Positions 9,801 through 17,222 are shown, numbered from the stretch's first letter. The stretch is DNA of 64,000 nt from Myxococcota bacterium (GCA_965140415.1 OZ223209.1:4992001-5056000), one strand, 5' to 3'. Made by a program: numbers and translations. The notes: a model not told the origin generated them from the letters alone.

Positions 9801-11312
9801 GACTTCCCCGGCCAGTATTGCATTTTGTCGCAGGAGGGCGCCGGTTGTGCTGCCTTAGGCGTACAGTATATTGTGGTTTCGGAAGATCCGGATACGGAAT
9901 GTGGATTCATTGTCACTTCCGTTCTGGATGGCCAGCCCAATGCAGACATACCAATGCAAGGATGTACCTTCGTCAACACACCATTCGGTGATTTCTGTAC
10001 GATTACCAGTCTTCCGGATGGAACTTTTACTGCGGATTGTTCCGGTATGTGCTCCTATGTTTTCAGTAAAGATGTCTGCGTTCCGGACGGCGATGTCGTC
10101 GATGGTGATGTCGCAGACGGTGATGTAGATACCACACTGGGTTTGCCCACAGAAGCGGGACAGTTGGTTATTACTGAAATCATGAATAACCCCAGTGTCA
10201 TTTCGGATACGTTTGGGGAATGGTTTGAAGTCTACAATCCAACATCCTTAACCTTCGATCTGAATGGCTTGTCAATCCAAGACGCTGGTTCCGACAACGT
10301 TACCGTAGAAGGCAGCCTGCTGATCGGTCCGCATGAATATCTGGTATTTGGAAACAACAGCGACACCGGAACCAATTCCGGCGTTGTTTTAGACTACGCC
10401 TACGCACCTGATGCATTTTATTTAGGTAACAGCGACGACGAAATCCACCTATATAGCGGGGATACATTAATCGATGCAGTCGAATACGATAACGGAGCAA
10501 CATTCCCGGACCCGATCGGACATTCGATGTATCTCGATGCTCTGAAAATTGGAGATGACAACAACGACGGAACGAATTGGTGCCAGGACTTGGAAAACCC
10601 ATACGGCGTTGGCGATAATTATGGAACGCCGGGAGTCGTCAACCCGCGCTGCCCCATGGGTGAAATCCTATGTGGTGAAGGCATAGCGATAGACCTGATC
10701 AATGGAACGAGAATGTGGGAAAACTACTCGCAATCTCATGCCGGCTTCGTGGGCCCTGAAAGTGTATACGCATTTACCGTACCGGATTGTCCGTTCCAAC
10801 TTTCCGTGGATGCCACTTTAATTACCAGTGGCTTCCCGGCAAGTTTGTTGGTACTGGAAAAGTTGGATCCCGGTACATTTATGGCTGGTACAGATTTGCA
10901 GGTGGCGGATCCTACGTTGAATCTGTATCTTACGCCGGGAGAGACCTATTATTTTGTCATTGACACCCCAATTGTCGACGTTTCCTTCTCATTGCAGCTC
11001 AGTATTGCATGTAATTGCCTTCCACCAACCTATCGCGTTCATTATTTTTCGGGTTGGACACCGCCCTACATGCACTACAGCCCCGATCTTGGTACAACAT
11101 GGACAGACCTTCCGGGAGCAGCCATGACCGCTGAAGGTAATGGTTGGTGGTTCAAGGATGTATATAGTTCCCTCGTCCTTCCATTGACTTTTGTTTTCAA
11201 TGATGGTGCCGACAACTGGGACAATCCTCCCGGAGGCGGAAACTACACGACCCTGGACCCGGAAGTCTGGGTGAAAGATGGAGTTATCTACACGTCGATG
11301 CCTGTTCGCTAG
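3828..11312 (+). CDS. Giant acidic modular surface lipoprotein: DGDxx repeat linkers, 2 lamin-tail-like domains, Cys-rich repeats, PPC-like modules, Kelch-like propeller, C-terminal CBM25/26-like starch-binding module
   Basis: ATG 3828 follows a purine-rich RBS. Signal peptide ends GVG-C. LTD-like segments (VIFTEFLAN..GEWMEVVN..GTPG; LVITEIMNNP..GEWFEVYN..GTPG). Propeller repeats (MVLFGG..ETWLFDGTDW). C-terminus PYMHY..WT.LPG.AM..GWW..FVFNDG..WDN. Confidence 0.85.
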   Translation: MPSIRYLLLVWIIVMLSIYGVGCGGDDDPQEDGDLSEAESDATQPDGDDDMPVIPPDGDTADGDTADGDTADGDTADGDLIDGDKVDGDWIDGDGTDGDMVDGDGSDGDWIDGDWIDGDGEQFCSGCEEFAGTYCVAEATGSNCDAYPVEMVSIEEDDEIECGYTVTVFITGYSPQSVDVVGCDFQDESVLGVCSVSVDQGEILVDCSTICSAVLNQEACLTDGDGIDGDFIDGDVIDGDVIDGDVVDGDVIDGDVIDGDMIDGDVIDGDVIDGDVIDGDVIDGDVIDGDVIDGDIIDGDIIEYPAPAPGDVIFTEFLANTTGSVAEQLGEWMEVVNLTNETFGLGGLNLCDAVDGNCEVLPANLVIGPYEALIFAGSDDSGVNGGLTNVAYDFGFSLNNSGDKLRLIDGSPADGVLIDEVDASTWDQIAGVSWQLDPAHFDVLENDDASYWCLGSLQYLADGPHYGTPGTMNVSCEIVDGDGVDGDVIDGDMVDGDIVDGDIVDGDIVDGDMVDGDMIDGDIVDGDIVDGDMVDGDIVDGDIIDGDVVDGDVVDGDMIDGDMIDGDMVDGDVIDGDVVDCYGYGDCNAACINAGYDSGVCVDAIQGCTCNYASCEAYVCGTYYDNCSCAAADPCNWQGDDYCDDFCALVYPDDHFDDSADCSVDGDIVDGDMVDGDIIDGDVVDGDVVDGDVIDGDIIDGDIIDGDVIDGDVVDCYGYGDCNAACIDAGYDSGVCVDAIQGCTCNYASCEAYVCGTYYDNCSCAAADPCNWQGDDYCDDFCALVYPDDHFDDSADCSVDGDVIDGDVVDGDIVDGDIIDGDVVDGDIVPLSGENCGNAIAITGLPYSDTGEMANYMNDVFFSTNGESCTGYTNYGKDVLYAVELEAGQILNASLDANFDSALYLLNNCVNGELPAEMCVEGSDSGNPETLSVEIQDAGTYYLVVDYWNSSGPSSGSYELSVWTGSADGDVVDGDIGPLSGDNCGNAISITGLPYSDTGEMANYLNDVFFSSNDESCTGYVNSGKDVIYAVELEAGQALNASLDADFDSALYLLSNCLNGELASELCVEGSDSGNPETLSVVIQNAGTYYLVVDYWNSGGPSSGSYELSVWSGSVDGDVIDGDVIDGDVVDGDVIDGDVVDGDVVDGDVVSPFCPGYTGTSDCCRLDNSCDWAEDGWCDCGGTCPWDVVDCSVDGDIIDGDVVDGDMVDGDVIDGDMVDGDVIDGDIIDGDVHPDDNYEDNDSFEEAVEGPLSITPLFLADNDDDYFYYDVCPGGTITTDVYFLHEDLDIDIILRDSSSSAIGYGTSSDDNEHITWINSGAETERVVLQIGRAESGWAEYILMVTIEDCDVDGDVIDGDVVDGDIEPALNWVRLYPDTVPTARFGHNMAYNPDTGNTLMAFGQGSYTTMYEWDGSNWNSVVPAHRPTAYRFNSMVYHEGLGKMVLFGGNTCCPNVSYAETWLFDGTDWEQLITATTPPERQNAVMAYDSIRDVIVMHGGSNYDDTTIVELNDTWEFDGTDWNQVVTDTTGPTTNSAAMAFDPILEKMVLVDGTDTWLYDGTDWEMISPATVIGHRSSPVLAFDTWRGVTVLFGGNSSYGTFEFDGTDWTEITTEDSPPLTLNNGFMVFDPIAGHMLLFGGSGCDSGYCNETWIYGPESIVDGDVVDGDIVDGDIVDGDIVDGDIVDGDIVDGDVVDGDVIDGDIVDGDMVDGDVVDGDVVDGDIVDGDVDNSCIDDLYEPNDNDAEATSGNWYDWSDLVICGENEDWFEVYIDHSHYTNHYAGDSTIVYLYNSSLTLLGSTADDPGSFLNVQDCLPAGNYLLKVVSATGSDVSNYSVYIGTSSCTIDGDIVDGDVVDGDIVDGDIVDGDVVDGDVVDCSGSCNLGESDFCSDADTICTCEFSKAVSGSWTAYNCNDICEFGALGCGFDPDTGAYCMCNEPDGDVVDGDIVDGDIVDGDIVDGDIVDGDIVDGDVVDGDIVDGDAGPCPECADFPGQYCILSQEGAGCAALGVQYIVVSEDPDTECGFIVTSVLDGQPNADIPMQGCTFVNTPFGDFCTITSLPDGTFTADCSGMCSYVFSKDVCVPDGDVVDGDVADGDVDTTLGLPTEAGQLVITEIMNNPSVISDTFGEWFEVYNPTSLTFDLNGLSIQDAGSDNVTVEGSLLIGPHEYLVFGNNSDTGTNSGVVLDYAYAPDAFYLGNSDDEIHLYSGDTLIDAVEYDNGATFPDPIGHSMYLDALKIGDDNNDGTNWCQDLENPYGVGDNYGTPGVVNPRCPMGEILCGEGIAIDLINGTRMWENYSQSHAGFVGPESVYAFTVPDCPFQLSVDATLITSGFPASLLVLEKLDPGTFMAGTDLQVADPTLNLYLTPGETYYFVIDTPIVDVSFSLQLSIACNCLPPTYRVHYFSGWTPPYMHYSPDLGTTWTDLPGAAMTAEGNGWWFKDVYSSLVLPLTFVFNDGADNWDNPPGGGNYTTLDPEVWVKDGVIYTSMPVR
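4492..4733 (+). repeat. 15-bp tandem coding repeat, DGD(V/I/M)(V/I); one of ~13 such tracts in the gene (e.g. also ~5265-5565 and ~8808-9015)
   Basis: Visible GAYGGHGAYRTNRTN periodicity with varied synonymous codons. Confidence 0.95.
5568..6224 (+). repeat. Near-identical ~250-bp intragenic duplication (Cys-rich module at 5568-5819 and 5973-6224)
   Basis: CYGYGDCNAACI(N/D)AGYDSGVCVDAIQGC...DSADCSV occurs twice with a 405-bp period and almost identical DNA. Confidence 0.95.
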
Positions 11313-11334
11313 CTCGTTTTAAGCGAAACGCACC

Positions 11335-11367
11335 AAGGCCGATCCTTTTCAGGGTCGGCTTTTTTTT
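11335..11367 (+). terminator. Rho-independent terminator
   Basis: AAGGCCGATCCT-TTTC-AGGGTCGGCTT followed by a T-run, just after the giant gene. Confidence 0.85.
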
Positions 11368-11477
11368 GTATTTTGAGTGGGTATCACTTGAAATTGGTTA
11401 CGGTTATGACCCTTCGTTCTGAGGCGAAGCCGAAGAATCTCTTATATACGAATTATTGTTCATCATTAGCGATGTAG

Positions 11478-11640
11478 TCTTGTAGCGGCGAGGCGTAAGC
11501 CCGCCGAAAAGCACTAGTTGATTTCAGGGTGGCGCGGGCTAAACCGCAGGTTTGCCCGTGTTCGAGGGCCACATGGGCAAGCTTCGTTTCCCTCCGCTTG
11601 GCCCATGCCACACGTCGGCTTACGCCTCGCCGCTACAAGA
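11478..11640. repeat. REPIN-like element: perfect 24-bp inverted GTAG-type REP arms enclosing a second (GTGGC...GCCAC) palindrome pair
   Basis: TCTTGTAGCGGCGAGGCGTAAGCC (11478-11501) is the reverse complement of 11617-11640. Inner hairpins at 11533-11560 and 11572-11607. Confidence 0.8.
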
Positions 11641-11682
11641 AGTCAAGAAAACACATATCGTTAAAAATGATTAAAAATCGCT

Positions 11683-12648
11683 CTACAACTCCCCATCACC
11701 ATCCGAAGTCGATTCCACTTCCGGCCAGAAATGCGCGTTACCGGCTGCATCCACCGGCTGGTGCCCACTCAAGTGACAGTTGTAGCAAGCTAGCTTGCTG
11801 CGAGCGGCGTAGGCGTCGTCTTCATAATGACAATACGAACAACTCGGCATGCCATCCGATTCCGGGTCCAGTGTGCCACGGCGCTGCTCGATGACATCCA
11901 GGTGCACCCCGTGCAACTCGTCGGAAATCGAACCGAAAAGATGGCAATAGGTGCAGGTGAGAATGTCACCGTGATATTCGGATGAGATCTGGTGACAGCC
12001 GCCGCAACCGGGATTGAGAGCCGAAAGGTTGAGACTCGCCAACTCGCTACGGAATCCGTTATTGAAAAACGTGCTGTGGCCGGTTTCGTGGTCGCTGAGC
12101 AGGTCATAGGGCTTCAACGAACCGGTAAAGGAAGGGGCATCTCCTTGCGAAGGCTCCATACCACTTACCGTTGCACTATCAGGTAACCAGTTGTGACATG
12201 AGGCAGCACAGTTCGCACCACCGGTAAATGCTGCCTGCCGGGCAGCATCACGGAAAGTCTTGACGGAATGTCCCAGGCCCAGTTCATCCACCGGATGACA
12301 ACCACTGCAATCGGAAAGTTCCGCCTCGCTGTGATAGCCGCGCTGGGGCCAGGTGATGCCTAAGTGAACGCCGGGAGCGGGCATAACCGGCTGTTCCCAC
12401 TCCAATCCGTTCCCTGCCTGCGCCATCCAGTCGCGCGCACCCAGTCCTGCCGTATCGACGATTTGAGACAGCGAACTCTGACTGTGACAGTCGGTACAGT
12501 TCGTGGACAGCGTCGGCAACACGATGGTTTCGCTTTCGGATTCTTCGTTGCCATCCATATCGCCATCGATACTCTCGCCGTTGTCGTCACCACAGGCCGG
12601 TAGACACAGCAGCAGCAACAGCAGCAAAAACGGAAGATGCCTTTTCAT
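11683..12648 (-). CDS. Multiheme cytochrome c lipoprotein (6 CxxCH + 1 CxxxCH)
   Basis: Signal MKRHLPFLLLLLLLCLPA-C. Heme motifs CTDCH, CSGCH, CAASCH, CGGCH, CTYCH, CSYCH, CYNCH. Start moved to ATG 12648. Confidence 0.85.
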   Translation of the reverse strand: MKRHLPFLLLLLLLCLPACGDDNGESIDGDMDGNEESESETIVLPTLSTNCTDCHSQSSLSQIVDTAGLGARDWMAQAGNGLEWEQPVMPAPGVHLGITWPQRGYHSEAELSDCSGCHPVDELGLGHSVKTFRDAARQAAFTGGANCAASCHNWLPDSATVSGMEPSQGDAPSFTGSLKPYDLLSDHETGHSTFFNNGFRSELASLNLSALNPGCGGCHQISSEYHGDILTCTYCHLFGSISDELHGVHLDVIEQRRGTLDPESDGMPSCSYCHYEDDAYAARSKLACYNCHLSGHQPVDAAGNAHFWPEVESTSDGDGEL

Positions 12649-12680
12649 ATGATTTCCCTTTTTGGGGTTACATTGTGTTT

Positions 12681-13292
12681 TCATGGCATCCAGCCATCCT
12701 TGGTCATTTCCTGGCAGACCGCACGCCGGAAAGAACATTCCTCGATGTGCCGATATCCCAGGTTCGGTCCTGGATACTTCATGTAGTCCAAGCCGACGCC
12801 GTTATATGCCCCGCCGAAAAAGGCCGAGCGGATGGCGCGGTAGGCCATCGTTAAAAGAGGCATGGAAAGTTCCGCCTGCAATAACACCTGCAAGCGTTGG
12901 TCGTAACTACACTCCAAAAACGTTTTCTGATACTCGCCTTTTGCGGTCAGATCCATCAGCGTGGCTAGCGCCGCCGCCTGCTCTTTGAAAGGATAGTTTC
13001 CATCCAGCAGCATGTTCACGGCACAGGCATCCAGTCCGCCAGGCGCTCCGGTTGGGTCGATCTCCGCTCCCGGTACGATGGTATTGACGACTTCCGCCAG
13101 AATCTGCTCGGTTTCGCCTTCTGGAGTCATACAGGCATTGGGCAGCGGCGCACGAGTAAAACCGGGCGACTGGAACTCGGAAGCGGAAAGCACCTGTTGA
13201 GCGGCCATCGATCCGAGCAATAATCCCAATGACCAACCGCCCATCTTGTGCAGGAAGGCGCGCCGGTCGCAGGTGGTGTTTAATTCGGTCAT
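12681..13292 (-). CDS. TAT-exported small subunit (gluconate 2-dehydrogenase subunit 3-like)
   Basis: DRRAFL twin-arginine signal; TIVPG...PGGLDA, F...S..QR..VL and YMKYPGP motifs. Lies directly downstream of a GMC flavoprotein. Confidence 0.75.
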   Translation of the reverse strand: MTELNTTCDRRAFLHKMGGWSLGLLLGSMAAQQVLSASEFQSPGFTRAPLPNACMTPEGETEQILAEVVNTIVPGAEIDPTGAPGGLDACAVNMLLDGNYPFKEQAAALATLMDLTAKGEYQKTFLECSYDQRLQVLLQAELSMPLLTMAYRAIRSAFFGGAYNGVGLDYMKYPGPNLGYRHIEECSFRRAVCQEMTKDGWMP

Positions 13293-13321
13293 GATATTCT
13301 GTCCTTTTACCCAAGACATTA

Positions 13322-14761
13322 TCAGCGCGACTTGACGATGTACGCCGCGATGCGTTCGGCATTGGCCGCAATGGTATGTGCCGGATTGACGCCCGTGCCT
13401 CCGGGAATCGCCGAACCATCGGTGCAGAAGATCCCGGGATGACTACGCAATTCTCCGTTTGCATCGCAGGGTGCCTTGTCCGCGTCATCGCCGATGCGGC
13501 AGGTCGCCAGCGGATGCGCGTCGCCGTGCTCGAAGGTGTCGTAGGCGGTACGCATCAGTTTCGCTCCGTTTTCGTTGGCGATACGCCGCCCGATTGCAGC
13601 GACTTTCTCAATATAATCGCGCATATGATCGGTCATCGGAATGTCGAATTCGAGCATTCCCTTGCTGTTGACCGTCACTTCGCCCTGACCATCCACCAAT
13701 CCGATGGCGAGGGTGGAAATCAAGCGGTCGGGATAGTTGTCTTTAAGAAACTGCTTGAATTCCAAGCCGAAGGGGATTTTCGGGGCGCTGCCGTCATCGG
13801 GCACGACATCCATTGCTGCAAATAGCGCAGGTGGTCCCGCGCCCGCGTGAATGGTTACCTTGGCTTCTTCCCAGAACGCATAGGTAATGACTCCGGCATT
13901 ATTACGCCCCATATAGGAGTAGGCTTTAGGGAACGTGTCGGGCAAGAGGAAAACCAGGGCTACATCCCCGTTTTGATTGAAGTTCTTCCCAACCTGCGGA
14001 TGCAAATCGGTCAAATAAGACTTGCTGCGCAGTAAAATCGCCGGGGTTTCCAGCGCACTTGCCGCCATAATGACGGTGTCGGAAAACGCCTTCTGCTCCA
14101 GGTTATGCGAATCCTTATAATATACGGCATAACCGGCTCCCTCTTTTTCAAGATGATCGACCCGGCAATTGACGCGAAATTCGGCACCTTTGGCCTCCGC
14201 CTGGGGAATGTAATTCTCTCCCAAATGCTTTTTCCGACCAAAGGGACAGCCGCACATGCAGAATCCGCATTGCAGACAATCCACAATCGGATACATAGTG
14301 CGGTCGCAGGTCAACCCCATATTATCCAGCAGCATGGCGAAGACACCTCCCGCCTTGGGCACGTCCGCCCAACTTGCGCGGGAAATCTGCATTTTCTCTT
14401 CGACCATCTTATAATATGGATCCAGCACCGAACGAGTGACGGATTTCGGCCATACCGAATATCCATTCTGATCCTTATAATCGAAGACTTCACTGGGAGC
14501 GCGCAACGATGCCGCTGCATAGGTCAACGAGCCACCTCCCAAGCCGCGACCATAGCGCATAAATACCTTGTAATCCTTGGAAGTATAGGCGACCGTCAAT
14601 TTTCCCTGGTTGAGCAGACTCCAGTCCATTTTGAAGTCTTTGGTGCTCATCCTGGGGCCTTGTTCCAAAACCAGCACCTTGCGGCCATCATCGGCCAGGC
14701 GTAATGCGGGAATGGAGCCGCCGAAACCGGAACCCACTATAATTGCGTCAAAGGTTTCCAC
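13322..14761 (-). CDS. GMC family FAD oxidoreductase (cholesterol-oxidase-like) with a Cys-rich Fe-S motif
   Basis: IVGSGFGGS..ALRLA..VLVLEQG, GRGLGGGSL, CLQCGFCMCGCP, HPLATCRIG, DGSAIP..GVNPAHTIAANAER. Confidence 0.9.
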   Translation of the reverse strand: METFDAIIVGSGFGGSIPALRLADDGRKVLVLEQGPRMSTKDFKMDWSLLNQGKLTVAYTSKDYKVFMRYGRGLGGGSLTYAAASLRAPSEVFDYKDQNGYSVWPKSVTRSVLDPYYKMVEEKMQISRASWADVPKAGGVFAMLLDNMGLTCDRTMYPIVDCLQCGFCMCGCPFGRKKHLGENYIPQAEAKGAEFRVNCRVDHLEKEGAGYAVYYKDSHNLEQKAFSDTVIMAASALETPAILLRSKSYLTDLHPQVGKNFNQNGDVALVFLLPDTFPKAYSYMGRNNAGVITYAFWEEAKVTIHAGAGPPALFAAMDVVPDDGSAPKIPFGLEFKQFLKDNYPDRLISTLAIGLVDGQGEVTVNSKGMLEFDIPMTDHMRDYIEKVAAIGRRIANENGAKLMRTAYDTFEHGDAHPLATCRIGDDADKAPCDANGELRSHPGIFCTDGSAIPGGTGVNPAHTIAANAERIAAYIVKSR

Positions 14762-15132
14762 CAGTTGCCGTCCTTTGATAGAAGGTGTAAATAAAATCTG
14801 TCTATTTGGGAAACGATGTGCAGAATTCTAACAAGATTAGCGTTATGCGTCAAGCTTGAGAATTTCAAATGGTGTTTATATACTGTGTCGAAATGGCAAA
14901 AATCAGGCGATTTCGTCTCATTCGGAACTGATTTATTTACCGATTGCAACCATTTCTATTTTGCTCCGAAATAAGGAGTTGATAATTTGTAATAAATCCA
15001 GTTGGTTACCTATGGGGGGAGATTAGAAATATTGCGGCTTTGCCTTGACTTTTCCGCTTCGACACATATATTATTCGGGTGCAATCGAAGTATAGGTTTT
15101 GCACTGTTGTACAGCTAACCAGAGGTGCGTGA

Positions 15133-15591
15133 ATGAAGTTGTCCCAAACGAGTGAAATGGCGATACATGGATTATGGGAATTAGCCCAGTCGGAAGACAA
15201 TCAAAGAGTGTTAGTGTCGGAGATTGCCAAACGGCAAAGTGTGTCTGAAAGCTATTTGGCCAAGATTTTCCATCGCTTAGGAAAAGAAGGCCTCGTACAG
15301 TCCCGACGCGGAAAAGTTGGTGGATTTATGTTGGCCAAGCCGGCCAAGGAAATTACCCTGGGTGAGATCGTTCGGATCTTCGAAAGCGACTTCCAAGAGT
15401 CGGAAACGAGTCCGAAAAAGTTCGTAAACCCACGGAAAATGGTTTTACATGGCGTTATGGAAGACGCAACAAGCAAGGCTTTCGGTGTGTTGGATAACGT
15501 CTCGCTGGCAGATTTGCAGCGGGAATCTCCTTCATCGGAAAGCCCGACATTGAGTAAACGGAAATATACTCGCCGAGAGGGCAAAGCATGA
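15133..15591 (+). CDS. Rrf2 family transcriptional regulator (contains no Cys)
   Basis: IA.RQ.VSESYLAKIF..L...GLV.S.RG..GGF.LA.P..EITLGEIVR; first gene of the iscS-iscU operon. Confidence 0.9.
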   Translation: MKLSQTSEMAIHGLWELAQSEDNQRVLVSEIAKRQSVSESYLAKIFHRLGKEGLVQSRRGKVGGFMLAKPAKEITLGEIVRIFESDFQESETSPKKFVNPRKMVLHGVMEDATSKAFGVLDNVSLADLQRESPSSESPTLSKRKYTRREGKA

Positions 15592-16814
15592 GTGACAACA
15601 AGGTTTTCTTCGATCACGTTTCCACTACCCCCTGCGATCAGCGCGTAGTGGACGCCATGCTGCCGTATTTTACGGAACGTTTCGGGAATCCGTCCAGTCA
15701 TGTTCATGAAGCCGGAGTACTCGCCGCACAAGGAGTGGATCTGGCGCGCGAGCAGGTTGCGGCATTGGTTAACGCCAAACCGTTCGAAGTCATCTTTACT
15801 TCCGGCGCTACCGAGGCGAACAACCTGGCATTATTGGGAATTCCCGGATCGGGCGATACCACGCGCAAGCACATCCTGATTTCGCAGATCGAGCATTTTT
15901 CGATCGTGAATACAGCGGCGATGCTGCGCGCACATGGCTACACCGTCGAAGAAATCCCTGTCGATGATAATGGGGTAGTCACCCCGCAGGCCCTGGAAGC
16001 CAAACTGACCGACGATACCCTGCTGGTATCGGTGATGCATGCCAATGCCGAAATCGGCACCATTCAACCGATTGCCGAACTGGCCAAACTGGCGCACGCC
16101 AAAGGTGCATTGTTCCACACCGACGCCACGATCTCAGCGGGTTTGTTACCGCTGGATATGCATACAATGGAACTGGATGCAATCACCTTGTCGGCACATA
16201 ACTTCTACGGTCCCAAAGGCGTCGGAGCGCTGGTATTGCGCGATGGTCTTCGTCCCCGCGCCAGAAGCTACGGCGGCTGGCAGGAAAAAGGTCTGCGCTG
16301 CGGCACGGAAAACGTTCCGGGTATCGTAGGTATGGGAGCGGCGGCCGCATTGGCTACGGAAGAAGGTTCGCAACGAGCCGCTCATCTGCATGAGCTGGGG
16401 AAGATGTTGAAAGAGGGTCTGGCGGAAAAGATTCGTTTTATCCGCTTCACCGGACATGACGATCTCCAGCAACGTCTTCCGGGTCACGTCAGTTTCTGGG
16501 TGGAGCATGTAGAAGGTGAATCGCTGATTCTCTTTTTGAATGTTAAAGGCGTGATGGCCGCATCCGGTTCCGCCTGTAGCAGCAATTTGAAAGCCGATGA
16601 TGAAGACGGTCTGGTGTCCAGCCACGTGCTGGCAGCTGTGGGAGTACCCACCGACATCTGCGCCGGATCGGTCGCCTTCAGCCTTGGCAAAGATAATACG
16701 AAAGACGATGTGGAGAAAACCTTGGCCGAACTGCCCCCGATTGTGGAGCGGCTGCTGAGCATGTCTCCCAGCTATGCTGATTATGTGAAAGCCAACAAAG
16801 GAGAGGGTTCATGA
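15588..16814 (+). CDS. iscS: IscS/NifS-like cysteine desulfurase homologue (PLP Lys replaced by Asn)
   Basis: FGNPSS, FTSGATEANN, NAEIGTIQP, SAHNFYGPKG, GTENVPG, SGSACSS. Confidence 0.88.
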   Translation: MSDNKVFFDHVSTTPCDQRVVDAMLPYFTERFGNPSSHVHEAGVLAAQGVDLAREQVAALVNAKPFEVIFTSGATEANNLALLGIPGSGDTTRKHILISQIEHFSIVNTAAMLRAHGYTVEEIPVDDNGVVTPQALEAKLTDDTLLVSVMHANAEIGTIQPIAELAKLAHAKGALFHTDATISAGLLPLDMHTMELDAITLSAHNFYGPKGVGALVLRDGLRPRARSYGGWQEKGLRCGTENVPGIVGMGAAAALATEEGSQRAAHLHELGKMLKEGLAEKIRFIRFTGHDDLQQRLPGHVSFWVEHVEGESLILFLNVKGVMAASGSACSSNLKADDEDGLVSSHVLAAVGVPTDICAGSVAFSLGKDNTKDDVEKTLAELPPIVERLLSMSPSYADYVKANKGEGS

Positions 16815-17194
16815 GCACCATTGCACCATACAACCCCAAAGTCATGGATCATTTTATGTCTCCCCGCAACATGGGAGAAATCGAAAATCCCGATGGCGTG
16901 GGAGAAGTAGGCAACCCGTCGTGCGGCGATATGATGCGCCTGTTCTTGAAGATCGACGACAACCGCATCACCGATGTGAAATTTCAGACCTTCGGGTGCG
17001 GAGCGGCAATTGCCAGCAGCAGCATGCTCACCGAGATCATCAAGGGCATGACCTTGGAAGAAGCCAAAACCGTCACCAATGAAAACATCTCGGAAGCATT
17101 GGACGGTTTGCCCGCAGCCAAGATTCATTGTTCGGTAATGGCTGAAGAGGCGATTCAAAAGGCGATCGACGATTACGAAAGCAAACGAAAGTAG
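16811..17194 (+). CDS. iscU: IscU/NifU-N Fe-S scaffold
   Basis: HF..PRN.G, GNPSCGD, FQTFGCGAAIASSS, LPAAKIHCS. Confidence 0.95.
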   Translation: MSTIAPYNPKVMDHFMSPRNMGEIENPDGVGEVGNPSCGDMMRLFLKIDDNRITDVKFQTFGCGAAIASSSMLTEIIKGMTLEEAKTVTNENISEALDGLPAAKIHCSVMAEEAIQKAIDDYESKRK

Positions 17195-17222
17195 CTTAAT
17201 GATCCGTCTGCCTGACTTATGG

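Noticed and set aside
3852-9979. Many minus-strand ORFs with SPS(I/T/M) or (H/D)VAV repeats, including a 538-aa ORF at 5019-6635
   Set aside because: Antisense shadows of the DGDxx repeats; no RBS or signal, and fully overlapped by the giant gene.
11529-11894. 121-aa ORF across the REPIN, and a 96-aa ORF at 24630-24920
   Set aside because: They run through palindromic repeats and overlap real genes; no coding features.
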